A stretch of DNA of 64,000 bases from a bacterium (GCA_046757025.1 JBHHXN010000012.1:1-64000), one strand, 5' to 3'. Counted from the stretch's first letter, positions 9,171 through 19,919 are shown. Translations and numbers: made by a program. The notes: generated by a model not told the origin, from the sequence alone.

Positions 9171-11207
9171 ATGAAAGTCAACTTATTTATTCTGTCCCTG
9201 TTGCTGGCAGCCATTTTCGCTGGTTGCGCCCCGGAAAAAACTGAAGAGTTCAAGTATCAAACCGAACAATTTGCGGATCTACGCATTCTCCGCTACCAAG
9301 TGCCGGGCTTTGAAGATTTATCTGTACCGCAAAAGGAACTGCTCTACTATTTATATCAGGCGGGGCTTTCCGGAAGAGATATTATTTACGATCAAAATTT
9401 CAAGCACAATCTGAGTATCCGCAGAACCCTGGAAGCCCTCGTAGAGACATTTACGGGTGACCGCACCACCGAGGAATTTAAACAATTTATGGATTACACC
9501 AAAAGAGTCTGGTTTTCGAACGGCATCCACCACCATTATTCCACCATGAAGATTCTGCCGGAATTTTCTGAAGCTTATTTTCGAGAATTGGTGGCAAATG
9601 CGCCGGAAGGTAAATTTCCCGTCGAAAATGGCGAATCGGTGGCAGACCTCGTAAACAGGCTGGTTCCGATCATGTTTGATCCACAAGTCGCGGCCAAGCG
9701 CGTGAATCTCGATCCCGAAGTGGATTTGGTGGCGAGATCGGCGAACAACTATTATGAAGGCGTCACCCAAAAAGAAGTCGAAGCGTATTACAACAAAACC
9801 ATGGACAAAAGTGATCCCACGCCCATTTCCTACGGTCTCAATTCGAAAATGGTGTTAGAAAACGGACGTGTCACGGAAAAGACCTGGAAAGTGGGCGGCA
9901 TGTACACACAAGCCATCGAAAAAATCGTTTACTGGCTGGAGAAAGCCAGTGCGGTGGCGGTAAATGAACAACAAAAAGCGGCACTGGATAAGCTGATAGA
10001 ATATTACAAAACGGGCGACCTGCGTATTTTCGATGAATACAACATTGCCTGGGTGCAGGATACGGCTTCAACTGTCGATGTGATCAACGGTTTTATCGAA
10101 GTGTACGGCGACCCCATGGGCTATCGCGGCGCTTACGAATCGGTGGTTTCATTCAAGGATCTGGCCGCCACGAAGCGCATCGCCGCCATCGGCAAACAAG
10201 CGCAATGGTTTGAGGATCATTCACCCATCGCGGATGAGCACAAGAAAGCAAATGTCACCGGCATTTCCGCCAAAGTTATCACCGTGGTTGGCGAGTCTGG
10301 CGACGCGTCTCCCTCGACTCCCATCGGCATCAACTTACCCAACTCTAACTGGATTCGTGCAAAACACGGCTCCAAATCGGTCAGTCTCGGCAACATCATA
10401 GACGCCTACAGCGAGGCCTCCAAAACCAGCGGCACAGTGGAGGAATTCGCTTTTTCAGAGCACGAAATTGAACTAGAAAAAAAATACGGTACCCTGAGTG
10501 ACAATCTGCACACGGACATGCATGAAGTCATCGGGCACGCCTCGGGTAAGCTAAATGAAGGCGTGGGCACCCCCAAAGAAACCCTGAAAAATTATGCCTC
10601 GGCCCTGGAAGAGGCGCGGGCGGATCTGGTGGCACTGTATTTTATCCTGGACCAGAAACTGATCGATATTGGCGTCATGCCTTCCACGGATGTAGGGAAA
10701 ACCGCTTACATCGGTTACATCCGAAATGGCTTGATGACGCAGCTACGCCGCATCCAACCCGGCGAAAATATCGAAGAAGCGCACATGCGCAACCGACAGA
10801 TGGTGGCCAAATGGGTTTATGAAAAAGGGCGGGCAGACAACGTTATCGAGAAAAAAATCAAAGACGGTAAAACCTATTTCGTGATAAACGATTTCCAAAA
10901 ACTGCGCGAGCTGTTCGGTCAGTTGCTGCGTGAAGTGCAGCGAATCAAATCCGAAGGCGATTTTGCTGCCGGCAAAGCCCTCATCGAAACCTACGGCGTA
11001 GAGGTCGACAAAGCTTTGCACAAAGAAGTTTTAGATCGGTATGCCAAATTGAACATCGCGCCCTATTCGGGATTCATCAATCCGAAACTGGTGCCGGTCA
11101 TGCAAGGCGACAAAATCGTCGATGTGAAAATCGAGTACCCCGACGACTTCACCGAGCAAATGCTTGAATACGCCAGAATGTACTCATTCCTGCCCAATTA
11201 TAATTAG
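9171..11207 (+). CDS. Dipeptidyl peptidase III (peptidase family M49), lipoprotein
   Basis: HEVIGH (HExxGH) zinc motif and EEARAD motif; lipobox FAGC; AGGAGG RBS. Confidence 0.92.
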   Translation: MKVNLFILSLLLAAIFAGCAPEKTEEFKYQTEQFADLRILRYQVPGFEDLSVPQKELLYYLYQAGLSGRDIIYDQNFKHNLSIRRTLEALVETFTGDRTTEEFKQFMDYTKRVWFSNGIHHHYSTMKILPEFSEAYFRELVANAPEGKFPVENGESVADLVNRLVPIMFDPQVAAKRVNLDPEVDLVARSANNYYEGVTQKEVEAYYNKTMDKSDPTPISYGLNSKMVLENGRVTEKTWKVGGMYTQAIEKIVYWLEKASAVAVNEQQKAALDKLIEYYKTGDLRIFDEYNIAWVQDTASTVDVINGFIEVYGDPMGYRGAYESVVSFKDLAATKRIAAIGKQAQWFEDHSPIADEHKKANVTGISAKVITVVGESGDASPSTPIGINLPNSNWIRAKHGSKSVSLGNIIDAYSEASKTSGTVEEFAFSEHEIELEKKYGTLSDNLHTDMHEVIGHASGKLNEGVGTPKETLKNYASALEEARADLVALYFILDQKLIDIGVMPSTDVGKTAYIGYIRNGLMTQLRRIQPGENIEEAHMRNRQMVAKWVYEKGRADNVIEKKIKDGKTYFVINDFQKLRELFGQLLREVQRIKSEGDFAAGKALIETYGVEVDKALHKEVLDRYAKLNIAPYSGFINPKLVPVMQGDKIVDVKIEYPDDFTEQMLEYARMYSFLPNYN

Positions 11208-11224
11208 CTACTTTTTTCCAAATA

Positions 11225-11275
11225 ACGAACCCTCTTGAACCGGTGAAACCTGCTTCAAGAGGGTTCGTCTTTTTT
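11225..11275 (+). terminator. Intrinsic terminator
   Basis: ACGAACCCTCTTGAA...TTCAAGAGGGTTCGT 15-bp stem followed by CTTTTTT. Confidence 0.85.
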
Positions 11276-11398
11276 GTAAGCAGTACAGTACAATTATTCT
11301 ACAAAAAGAGTTCTCAAATCAGTTGAAAAAATCAAAAGGCAAATTGAAAAATGCAAAATTAAACCTATTTGTCGCAACAGAGCCTTTATGGAGAGATT

Positions 11399-12214
11399 TC
11401 ACGTTGAAGAGAGGAGCAGAGATACAGAGCCCGTAAAATAAATAGAATGCGCTACCAGTGTCCACCCTACTCTATGAATGTTTTTTGAAGGCGAATAATA
11501 CAGGCACTCCCAAAGCATATGTGCGATCCAGGGCAAAAAGCCCAGAATCAACCAGCTGGGAACAGGAATCCAAAAAGGTAGTAAAAGCGTGCCAAGGGAA
11601 ATCAAAACCACGTAGGCCACAATTAAACGGGTGTAAATCCGTTCCGATTTCTGCCTTTGACTCGGTTTTCCTGAGAGCCGGATCAATCTGAGTTTCACGA
11701 AAAAAACCGAACCGGCAAAGTAGCCAAAACTGATGAGCCACAACATCACAGCTTCAACATGCCAGACCCCTCTGGTGGCGATAAAAGCTGCTGGCGCAGC
11801 CAAAGAAAATCCGGCCACACCCAGAAGTTCTGCCGACAATTGCCTTTCTGTGCGATCTCGAATCCACCAGAGATCAGCAATTAATAAAGCAGCGGCAATT
11901 AAACCCAGAATGAGGATGTTGTAATTTCCAGAATAAATTATAGGTAAAACAAACGCAATTGCACATATAATTTCAAAGGCGCCTACGCAAATACATTTAA
12001 TAGCCAGCGAAGTATTTCTTGCTCGCTGACGAATGGCAGCGCCCAGGGCTGTGCGGGCTGCGAACGCGGATAAACATGAGCCAAAAATCAACCAGGTAAC
12101 CGTCTTGATTTCGCCGGCAGCAGCCACCCCGATAATGAACGGCATGATCCACATCGCCCAGGCGCCGTGCTCTTTCGGAATCAAGATTTTCATCCGGCTT
12201 TCGTTGTTTATCAA
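11399..12214 (-). CDS. YwiC-like family membrane protein
   Basis: N-terminal PKEHGAW motif, multiple TM helices, GSVFFVK. Confidence 0.85.
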   Translation of the reverse strand: MINNESRMKILIPKEHGAWAMWIMPFIIGVAAAGEIKTVTWLIFGSCLSAFAARTALGAAIRQRARNTSLAIKCICVGAFEIICAIAFVLPIIYSGNYNILILGLIAAALLIADLWWIRDRTERQLSAELLGVAGFSLAAPAAFIATRGVWHVEAVMLWLISFGYFAGSVFFVKLRLIRLSGKPSQRQKSERIYTRLIVAYVVLISLGTLLLPFWIPVPSWLILGFLPWIAHMLWECLYYSPSKNIHRVGWTLVAHSIYFTGSVSLLLSST

Positions 12215-12280
12215 TGACCTGCTCCGTCTTTTTCAACCAATACTAAATACCGTTATCTGACTCTGGAGATGGAACTGCAA

Positions 12281-12664
12281 TTACAAGCTTTCGATGGCTT
12301 TTTTCAGTTTCGCCTGAACTTGCTCCGCGATGCCAGCCAGGGCAGGATTGTCCACCGCAGACATGGAAGCGATGGGATCGATGGCCGCCACTTCCACCTG
12401 CGTTCCCAAATCCTGCACGATGACGCTGCAAGGCAGCATGGTGCCGATTTTATCCTCGGCTTGCAGCGCCTGATAGGCGAAATTGGGGTTGCAGGCGCCT
12501 AAAATATTGTACGGTCGAAAATCCACATCCAGCTTTTTTTTCAACGTGGCTTTGACGTCGATTTCGGTCAAAATACCAAAGCCTTCTTTTTGCAGCTCTT
12601 CGGTCACTCTTTGAATCGCTTCTTCAAAAGAGCAGGTTAAGGTTTTATTAAAATAGTAACTCAT
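12281..12664 (-). CDS. DUF302 domain protein
   Basis: GFGILTEIDVKATLKKKL, ILGACNP, LPC motifs; true start probably MSYYF at 12664 (track ORF extends into the upstream gene). Confidence 0.88.
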   Translation of the reverse strand: MSYYFNKTLTCSFEEAIQRVTEELQKEGFGILTEIDVKATLKKKLDVDFRPYNILGACNPNFAYQALQAEDKIGTMLPCSVIVQDLGTQVEVAAIDPIASMSAVDNPALAGIAEQVQAKLKKAIESL

Positions 12665-12713
12665 CCGTATTACTCCAAATTTAATTTCAAGAGGCGTAGG
12701 ACGCTCTTTGTCA

Positions 12714-13895
12714 TCAATTCTTGGTTCCGTGGCAATAACCGCAAAATCTGTCGCCAGCCACTTGGGTGTTGACATGGCAGGCGTAACACAGTGCATTCGC
12801 ATCTTCATGAAAGCTGGAATCGACGCTGAACTGATTTCGATAGCCGCTTTCATGCGTTTTGGGATTGGTGCCCTGCACGCCGTCAAAGTCTGTGTGGCAC
12901 AGCAAGCAGGTGGGGTCTTCGCCCTGGGTGTCATGACACGCGGTGCAATTCTCAATGTCGCGTTTGGCTAATTCGGCGTGACGACCGCCGCCGGTTCCAA
13001 CCACGCCGGCCAGTGCACCCCAGTCCGCACCGCCGTGCCACACTGGTCTGCCAGCGACATCCACCCCCTCGGAATCGTGGCACTCCTGGCAAAAGCTTCT
13101 GGCCTCGTGGCAAACGGCGCACTCGGTGGTTCGGCCCTGCGCCTGCAGCGGATGGGTAAAACGAAAGTTGGTTTCGTGCACTCGCCTGAGTATCAAGCCT
13201 TTTGTGCCCCAGGCGGTGAGGTTGAAGGGGCTTTGTACATTCACTTCGTTTCCAGAAACCAACGACAACAAAGTCGCTCCCTGATGACATTCCGAACAAT
13301 CGTTGTCGGTGTGGCAAACGACGCACTCCTCCTGGTCGATGCGCGCTAATTGTTTGTGGATCATCAAAAAATCGGCTGTGTGGTTCACCGGCCGCAAGTT
13401 GAGCGTGTTACTGTGGCAGTTCACACACTCCAGGGTAGCGGTCTGGTTATTGTGACACTCCGCACAAACAATCATGTTCGGCTTGCTCCCGGCAGTGGAA
13501 TAATCGACTTTGCGTAAATTTTGATGACATTTTTCACAGGTAACGCCTTCCTGTGCCAGATGCAATTTGTGATTAAACAGCACACTGGCCGGAGCCAGCT
13601 CAAAAGGCTGCCAGGTGTCTTCATCTTCAAAATGGCACTGGGTGCAGTTTTCATCGTCTTCAATGTCGTGGCACTCGGCGCAATTATCCATAGTCGGAAT
13701 CAAATTATCGTCCGCTGTCGTGCTTTCGGGTACTTGCAAATGGCAATCTGTGCATTCCACCCCGATTTCTTCCAGATGATACTGATGCGAAAATTTGATC
13801 ATTTCTTGCCGCTTGAGCTTTTTTTCTTGAGTAAGACCGATCAAGGCCGCTGCCAGAATAAAGCCCGTACCAAATAACCAAAATTTATTTTTCAT
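12714..13895 (-). CDS. Periplasmic 14-heme cytochrome c (c3/c7-like repeats)
   Basis: 14 CxxCH motifs; FSHxxH/FNHxxH axial ligand motifs; signal peptide from MKNKFW (13895). Confidence 0.9.
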   Translation of the reverse strand: MKNKFWLFGTGFILAAALIGLTQEKKLKRQEMIKFSHQYHLEEIGVECTDCHLQVPESTTADDNLIPTMDNCAECHDIEDDENCTQCHFEDEDTWQPFELAPASVLFNHKLHLAQEGVTCEKCHQNLRKVDYSTAGSKPNMIVCAECHNNQTATLECVNCHSNTLNLRPVNHTADFLMIHKQLARIDQEECVVCHTDNDCSECHQGATLLSLVSGNEVNVQSPFNLTAWGTKGLILRRVHETNFRFTHPLQAQGRTTECAVCHEARSFCQECHDSEGVDVAGRPVWHGGADWGALAGVVGTGGGRHAELAKRDIENCTACHDTQGEDPTCLLCHTDFDGVQGTNPKTHESGYRNQFSVDSSFHEDANALCYACHVNTQVAGDRFCGYCHGTKN

Positions 13896-13983
13896 GAAAT
13901 CCCTCTTTTTGAAACTTGAATATGATGTGGTAATTTCCACAGATAAAATAATTTAAACGGTTTCTCTAATATGTCCCGTCGCG

Positions 13984-14415
13984 TTATTCAACACCGGCAT
14001 CCATTCCACTATCCTGTTCAGAATATTCGCTGCCCTCGTATTTTGAAGGACATTTCGCCATCAAAACCCGTGCGTCAAAATAGCCGTCTCTGGTATAACG
14101 CCCTTCCACCAGCACTTCCGCGCCGTCCTTGAACGTATCCGGCAGTTCTTTCGAATAGTGTACTTCAAGCTCCTGCCCTCCCTCTTCGATCACAAAGCTG
14201 ACGTCCAGACTGTTCGGGGATTTCACCAAAGATCCCGGCACCAAGTTTCCCTTCACCCGCAACCCTTTTGAATAGGCGCTTTCTCCCATGGATTTCACTG
14301 CTTCGATACTCACATAATATTGCATGTTTTCATTGAAGCCGGTGAAAACCAGCCAAACCAAAACGACGGCTACCACCGCAAACGAAATCGCAACCCGAAA
14401 ATTCTTACTGTTCAT
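13984..14415 (-). CDS. ccmE: Cytochrome c maturation heme chaperone CcmE, CxxxY variant
   Basis: N-terminal TM, YYVS, LRVKG, LPDTFK.GAEVLVEG and heme-binding KCPSKY. Confidence 0.92.
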   Translation of the reverse strand: MNSKNFRVAISFAVVAVVLVWLVFTGFNENMQYYVSIEAVKSMGESAYSKGLRVKGNLVPGSLVKSPNSLDVSFVIEEGGQELEVHYSKELPDTFKDGAEVLVEGRYTRDGYFDARVLMAKCPSKYEGSEYSEQDSGMDAGVE

Positions 14416-14462
14416 CTGATCACTCCTGAATCATAATAGACAACCTTCATGCACAAAATAAT

Positions 14463-15812
14463 TTAACGATTATTTTTTTTAAAAATCCAGTAATTTGCTT
14501 TCACAAAAAATCTTAAATCGGAATTAAAAAACCGATTGCGCACACCCTGCCCCAAAAAGTCAAACGTAAAATTTTTCGCGGGTTTATAGTTAAAACCAAA
14601 ACTGCCGGTGAGAGAAGTGTTGGCATCGGCAGTTTCGCTGTACAAGCGGTAGCGCGATAAACCCGTGCTGACCATCAAAGCCAATTTTGCATTCAAAGGA
14701 TAGTTGATGGACGCGTAAGCGCCGTTGTTTTCACCGCCGTATCCGCTTCTGAAATTGTAACCAATGTAGCCGTATTTAAACCGCAAGCCCACACCAAATC
14801 GCAGCGCTTCATCGCCTTCATATAATGCATATCCCAGGTTTCCGTTGAGAAACCAGGCGGGTTTGAGACGGTAATTCACACGCAGTCCCAGGTGCTGCGA
14901 GGTGTTTTGTTCAAAAACGGTAAATATAGAATTAGCCTCCAGCAAGGGCGCGCGATGGAAAAATTCGCCGCTGAGCTCTAATTTTTCAGTGGCTAAAATC
15001 TTCAACTCAAACTGACCTCTGCGCACGCGCTCCTGCTCGAGGTCGTAATCAAGCCGACCGTAAATGCTCAATTTCTTTGAAAAATAGCGATACACGTCGA
15101 GTGCGAGCAGGCGCTGTTCCAGACTATCGAAGACCAGGTTTTGTTCTCTTTGCGGTGCATATCGACCGGGCGCCGGGTAGGCGGCGGGTCGGCGATTGCG
15201 CTGCTGGAAGCTGAGCAATATTTTGGCGCCCAGCAATTGATTGGTGCTGGCGCGGAAGCCAAACGCATGGCTGTTGTCCCAATTATCGACTTCCACGGTA
15301 TTTGTAAAAGGCACCAGAAAACCGACAAATCCCGCGACTTTGGCGTATTTCCCAATGCGTAAAGTTAAATCCATGCCGTCGATGATGCCGTAGCCGGCCC
15401 CGGAAGCGATACGCTGCCGGCCTAACTTGATCTGGTTGATCACGCCTTTGTTGTCTTTCCATCGAAAATACGCGTTGTACAAGCGCGGAATGGGATCGTC
15501 CTCTGCGGAGTCGGCCAGATCCTGAGAGGCCAATCCATAGAGATGAAACGAGAGTTTGTTGGAAGCTAACTGCCCCAGGGTTATCTGTGCCGTTTGGTAG
15601 AGTCGCAGATGATTGGATGAGCTTGAATCCGAGACCACGCGCTCCCAGGTGTAGAAGGAAGTAGAAAAACGGCCGCTGAAGGATTGCGCGTTCGTTTGCC
15701 CGGTAATCAGTAAAATTAACCACAACCAGGTTACGACACTCACTGCGGGCACTTTTCTGATTTTGTTTGCGGATTTCAAATTCACAGTAGTTTGATTTTT
15801 GAGTATTTTCAT
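14463..15812 (-). CDS. Outer-membrane beta-barrel protein (putative porin of a porin-cytochrome conduit)
   Basis: Signal peptide ending in NAQ; alternating amphipathic strands rich in aromatic residues; last strand RFFVKANYWIF; lies between multiheme cytochrome genes. Confidence 0.75.
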   Translation of the reverse strand: MKILKNQTTVNLKSANKIRKVPAVSVVTWLWLILLITGQTNAQSFSGRFSTSFYTWERVVSDSSSSNHLRLYQTAQITLGQLASNKLSFHLYGLASQDLADSAEDDPIPRLYNAYFRWKDNKGVINQIKLGRQRIASGAGYGIIDGMDLTLRIGKYAKVAGFVGFLVPFTNTVEVDNWDNSHAFGFRASTNQLLGAKILLSFQQRNRRPAAYPAPGRYAPQREQNLVFDSLEQRLLALDVYRYFSKKLSIYGRLDYDLEQERVRRGQFELKILATEKLELSGEFFHRAPLLEANSIFTVFEQNTSQHLGLRVNYRLKPAWFLNGNLGYALYEGDEALRFGVGLRFKYGYIGYNFRSGYGGENNGAYASINYPLNAKLALMVSTGLSRYRLYSETADANTSLTGSFGFNYKPAKNFTFDFLGQGVRNRFFNSDLRFFVKANYWIFKKNNR

Positions 15813-15867
15813 TTTTCTAAACCATTTAAAAAATTTAGTAAACTTCTGTCAACCCTCTCATTTTTCC

Positions 15868-17544
15868 TTATTTGATCACTATCATTTTTCTGGTGGTTGT
15901 AAAATTATCTGCAACCAATTTGTAGAAATAAATTCCTGAAGATAATCGTGACGCGTTGAATTCGATTTCATAACTGTTGCGCTGTAAGCGTTCATCCACT
16001 AAAGTTGCCACCTGCTGACCTCTGGCATTAAATACGATCAGTTTCACATGACTGCTTTTCGGCACATCAAAGCGAATGCGGGTGGTTGGATTGAACGGAT
16101 TCGGAAAATTTGGCTGCAGCGCAAACGTTTTTGGAAGGCCTGTTTGAGAGGCCACTACGGGTTCCACCGCGGTCACAAAGGATTTATTTAGAAAGTCCAC
16201 CGTGGTTTTCAGAATGATTTCGGCATAATTGGCATTGTGTACGCCGCGGCTGCCGTCATTATTGACAAATTGAAAATTGAACAACCCCTTCTGGTAGTTC
16301 AGCGAATCGGCTGCTGAGCCCGTGGGCAGGATGTTGTTTTGAATATTTGCCAGCATCTTTTCCAGGCTGTCCAGCATGGTTTGCGTAAAAGTCTGGGTGC
16401 CGCGGTGATCGAATTTGAATCCGCTTCCGGGAGGGATTTCTAATTCGAGCGGCCCAACATGGCAATTGCTCTGACCACAGGCAGCCTTTCTCGGCTGAAA
16501 GGTGTGGCCGGTCACGGCTGCAACTTCCGGCGGCCCTTGTTCAAACGGCGTCTGAAACACGTGACAGGCGACGCACTTTTTTTCAGCCGTGGCGCCCAAT
16601 ACCTGATGCGCCGAAATCCGGGCAAAGGTGTAATCAATCCCTTCGAATTCCACCGCGCCGGTTCCCGCGAACATGGAACCCGTTGAATGGTGAGGAACCG
16701 CCGGTGGTACCGCGTTTTCAGGATTGTGGCATTTTACGCACAGATCCTGCGGGGGTATTCTAAGCTGGGCTTCGTGCCGGGCTTCGTGCGGATCGTGGCA
16801 GGCGGCGCACACTAGTGGCAGGGCGTCGTCTGCAGGCGGCGTTTCCACGTGCGGCTTCACATTCAAAGTGTCATCGAGGGTGGTTCCCACAAATTGGATA
16901 AAGCCCTGAAAGGTATGGCAGCCGGAGCATTCCGGGTCGTTTCGAAATTTCGAAGTCAGAAACCCACTACTACTTGTATCCGCCTCGGCGTGCCGGGATA
17001 AACTCCATTCTTCGAAATAGGGGTGGTGTTTATCCTGGTGGCAGGCGCCGCAAACTTCTGCGCCGAGAATTTTCGGCGGTTTCACATTTCTGAAGTCGCG
17101 AATGTGGTCAAAGGCCGGGCCGTGGCACGATTCGCATTGCACATTTTTGACCACGTTGAATTTGATGGAATCGTTGTCGGTGGCAAACGATATGTTGAAT
17201 TCGTCCAGATTATAATCGACTTGCACAAAGTCGTCGGCGCCAAAATTGGCGCGGGTGGTATCCCAGCCGGTGGTATGGCATTGCAAACATTCGGCGGTTC
17301 TTTGAACCTTGTTTCGAAGAAATTCACTGAACGCCGCCACAGAATCATAGGCCACGGCGTGTTTGGTGGCCAGCCAGGGCGTATGTTGATCCGCGGCTAA
17401 GGAGCCTGCATGGCAAAAGCGACAGGTACTAGCCCCTGCGTATTCGATGACTTCCTGGCTATTCGCAAACTGGAAACCGCCGCACAGCAACGCAGCTGCA
17501 CAAAATAAAGTCCTCCCTTTTTTCATCAGTCGTCTCCTACTCAT
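15868..17544 (-). CDS. Nonaheme cytochrome c with C-terminal T9SS-type sorting domain
   Basis: 8 CxxCH + CGQSNCH; NDGSRGVHN; C-terminal PNFPNPFNPTTRI...LSSGIYFYKL...RKMIVIK. Confidence 0.88.
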   Translation of the reverse strand: MSRRRLMKKGRTLFCAAALLCGGFQFANSQEVIEYAGASTCRFCHAGSLAADQHTPWLATKHAVAYDSVAAFSEFLRNKVQRTAECLQCHTTGWDTTRANFGADDFVQVDYNLDEFNISFATDNDSIKFNVVKNVQCESCHGPAFDHIRDFRNVKPPKILGAEVCGACHQDKHHPYFEEWSLSRHAEADTSSSGFLTSKFRNDPECSGCHTFQGFIQFVGTTLDDTLNVKPHVETPPADDALPLVCAACHDPHEARHEAQLRIPPQDLCVKCHNPENAVPPAVPHHSTGSMFAGTGAVEFEGIDYTFARISAHQVLGATAEKKCVACHVFQTPFEQGPPEVAAVTGHTFQPRKAACGQSNCHVGPLELEIPPGSGFKFDHRGTQTFTQTMLDSLEKMLANIQNNILPTGSAADSLNYQKGLFNFQFVNNDGSRGVHNANYAEIILKTTVDFLNKSFVTAVEPVVASQTGLPKTFALQPNFPNPFNPTTRIRFDVPKSSHVKLIVFNARGQQVATLVDERLQRNSYEIEFNASRLSSGIYFYKLVADNFTTTRKMIVIK

Positions 17545-17714
17545 GTCTGAACATTTTAATTTGAGTAAACTTAAACCTGAAAGAACAGAGTATTCTTACC
17601 TTGATATATCCGTGTAGTGAACACCAGAGAATTGCGCCACGTGCCGGAGTGAATTTGACAATTTTGATTTGCGACTGGTCCGCTGAGGGAATCGCCTGCG
17701 TGATCCAAAATTCT

Positions 17715-19220
17715 TTATAATTGCGAAGTGCCGGTATGGCACTCACTGCACGCCATCTCACGCCAGGCTTCTTCGATGTCCACGGGGTGCTTAAATTCCA
17801 AACCATTTGGATCCACCCGCTCGGTTGTCTGTTCCGGTCCCTGAGAAAAAATGATATGACAACTGCGGCAATCATTTGAAATCACCTCGCCGTCTTCACT
17901 GACAAAACGTCCATTGTGGCAACGATAACAACCTGGGCTATGAAAATGACCGATATTGTCCGGATAGGTATCCCAGCGAACTTTCATTTCCGGAAAAAAA
18001 TTTCTGCGGTAGATCTCCTGAACCGCGGCAATCATCTTTTCGATCTCTTTCGCTCGCGTTTCGAGAACATCTGGATACTCCTCAGCGTACGCTTCTCTGA
18101 TATGATTTTCAATGGCAACAAACGCAGAATCTTTGGTTGTATATTCTCCGATCAAAACTTCGATGGCAATTCTTTTCGCACTTGGCAGCGTGCGATCAAT
18201 TTCTCCCATGCACATGGCTTTATTCACGGCTTTGCTGGGGGAGCGGTAGATATGAGTCGGCCGGTTATGACAATCGATGCAATCCATTCTGCGCATTTCG
18301 TATTGCCCGAGCTCTTCGGGTTCGATGGGATTGTCTTCATTAAAAAATTCTTTGACCTGGCCTTTGTGATCCTTAATTCGCACCCAGGCCATTTCCTGGC
18401 GCTGTTCGTCCGTAGCGATGTAATCCACTTCGTTGGCAAGATTCATGTGCCAGTGAATGCCTTCCGCCAGCCCGGCTTCTTTGCTGCCGCCGCCGGTTTT
18501 GATCAGCATGCGAATATCCCACCTTGAATTTTCTTCATCAACCATGTAGTGATCGAATATTTTTTCCTGCGATCCGTGAAATTTATCCGGCCAGTGACAT
18601 TCTTCACAGGTCTCTCGAGCGGGACGCAAATTTTCGATGGGCGTCGAAATGGGTCTGGGAAACAAGTTAAACGTGGCAGCATACACCTGGTAGGCGCCCG
18701 AAAGTTTGGAGCGGACATACCAGCCGGCGCCGGAGCCAACATGGCATTCGGCGCAGGTTACGCGTGCATGCGGGGAATATTGGTATGCGACAAATTCGGG
18801 CTCCATCACGGTATGGCAAATCTGTCCACAAAAAGTGACCGACTCGGTAAATTCATAGGCGCGGTAGCTGCCGATAGCGGTTGACAGCAAAAATACAATG
18901 GTACCAGAGGTAAATACAATGGTGGCCAATCGATGGGAGGGTTTACCCAGATCGATATAAAAAGAACGGGGTTCGCCGGCTGAATTGGAGTGAATCCGCC
19001 GGCGACGCTCAAAAAACATTCCAATGGGGATAAACAACAATCCCATGATCAAAATAGCTGGTAAAATGATGAACGCAATGATTCCAGCATAGGGAGCGGT
19101 TTCACCAACAAGCGTGTCATACAGCAACAGCAATAAAATAACAATAAAATTAACAATGGCAATAACCGCACCCAGCATACTCAACGGATTGTAAAACAGA
19201 CTCGGAAAGCGTTTCTTCAT
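17715..19220 (-). CDS. NapC/NirT-domain inner-membrane multiheme cytochrome, ImcH-like quinol dehydrogenase
   Basis: 3 N-terminal TM helices; ESVTFCGQICH.VM.PE and SPHARVTCAECH NapC-like motifs; 6 CxxCH + 1 CX3CH = 7 hemes, as in ImcH. Confidence 0.85.
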   Translation of the reverse strand: MKKRFPSLFYNPLSMLGAVIAIVNFIVILLLLLYDTLVGETAPYAGIIAFIILPAILIMGLLFIPIGMFFERRRRIHSNSAGEPRSFYIDLGKPSHRLATIVFTSGTIVFLLSTAIGSYRAYEFTESVTFCGQICHTVMEPEFVAYQYSPHARVTCAECHVGSGAGWYVRSKLSGAYQVYAATFNLFPRPISTPIENLRPARETCEECHWPDKFHGSQEKIFDHYMVDEENSRWDIRMLIKTGGGSKEAGLAEGIHWHMNLANEVDYIATDEQRQEMAWVRIKDHKGQVKEFFNEDNPIEPEELGQYEMRRMDCIDCHNRPTHIYRSPSKAVNKAMCMGEIDRTLPSAKRIAIEVLIGEYTTKDSAFVAIENHIREAYAEEYPDVLETRAKEIEKMIAAVQEIYRRNFFPEMKVRWDTYPDNIGHFHSPGCYRCHNGRFVSEDGEVISNDCRSCHIIFSQGPEQTTERVDPNGLEFKHPVDIEEAWREMACSECHTGTSQL

Positions 19221-19332
19221 ACCTTATAGTTTCTCCTTACTCTTTCACCCGATCTCATTTAATGAGGGTCGCAATTCTGTTTTCTTAAATCAATACCAGC
19301 TATTTTAATTATCACATTTTTTTTGGTAGGTA

Positions 19333-19911
19333 TTATTTTTTAGGCACAGGATGGGCGATCTTGGCTGCCATTTCTTCAAACTTAAATTCTTTGTAAAACG
19401 GGCTTTCTTCGTTATGACAGGTCTTGCACACTTTTTCATCTGGTGTGATCAAACCATAATCCTCGCCTTTCATCGTGCCGGCATAAATGCCTTTCATAAT
19501 TTTTCTACTTTTATAGCCGGAACCTGCACCATGACACGCTTCACAACTCACGCCTTCTTCAAGCGTATATTTTTTACCTTTTAACTCAGCGTCGGCACTA
19601 TAACCGGTGACATGGCATTTCACACACTTTTCAGAAGTTGAAGGATCTTCAACGCCGGCTTTTTTAGCGGCCTCTTTTGCCTTCGGGGTTTTCAGGGTTT
19701 CATAGGCATTGGCGTGTCTGGTCTTTTGCCAAAGCTTAAACTGCGCACCGCTTTTAGCTGCCAGGTGGCAGGCTTTACAGGTTTTAACTCCACCATAAGT
19801 ATAAGCCGCTTTTTCAGCTCCCTTGTCTTGCGCAAACAAATTTGTACTCACTAAAAAAACCATCAATAAAGCAAACAGTAAACGTGAAAATACTTTTTTC
19901 ATAGTCAACAC
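19333..19911 (-). CDS. Tetraheme cytochrome c554-family protein
   Basis: Signal peptide; CKACH, CVKCH, GVSCEACHGAGS, CKTCH. Confidence 0.85.
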   Translation of the reverse strand: MLTMKKVFSRLLFALLMVFLVSTNLFAQDKGAEKAAYTYGGVKTCKACHLAAKSGAQFKLWQKTRHANAYETLKTPKAKEAAKKAGVEDPSTSEKCVKCHVTGYSADAELKGKKYTLEEGVSCEACHGAGSGYKSRKIMKGIYAGTMKGEDYGLITPDEKVCKTCHNEESPFYKEFKFEEMAAKIAHPVPKK

Positions 19912-19919
19912 TCCGTTGA

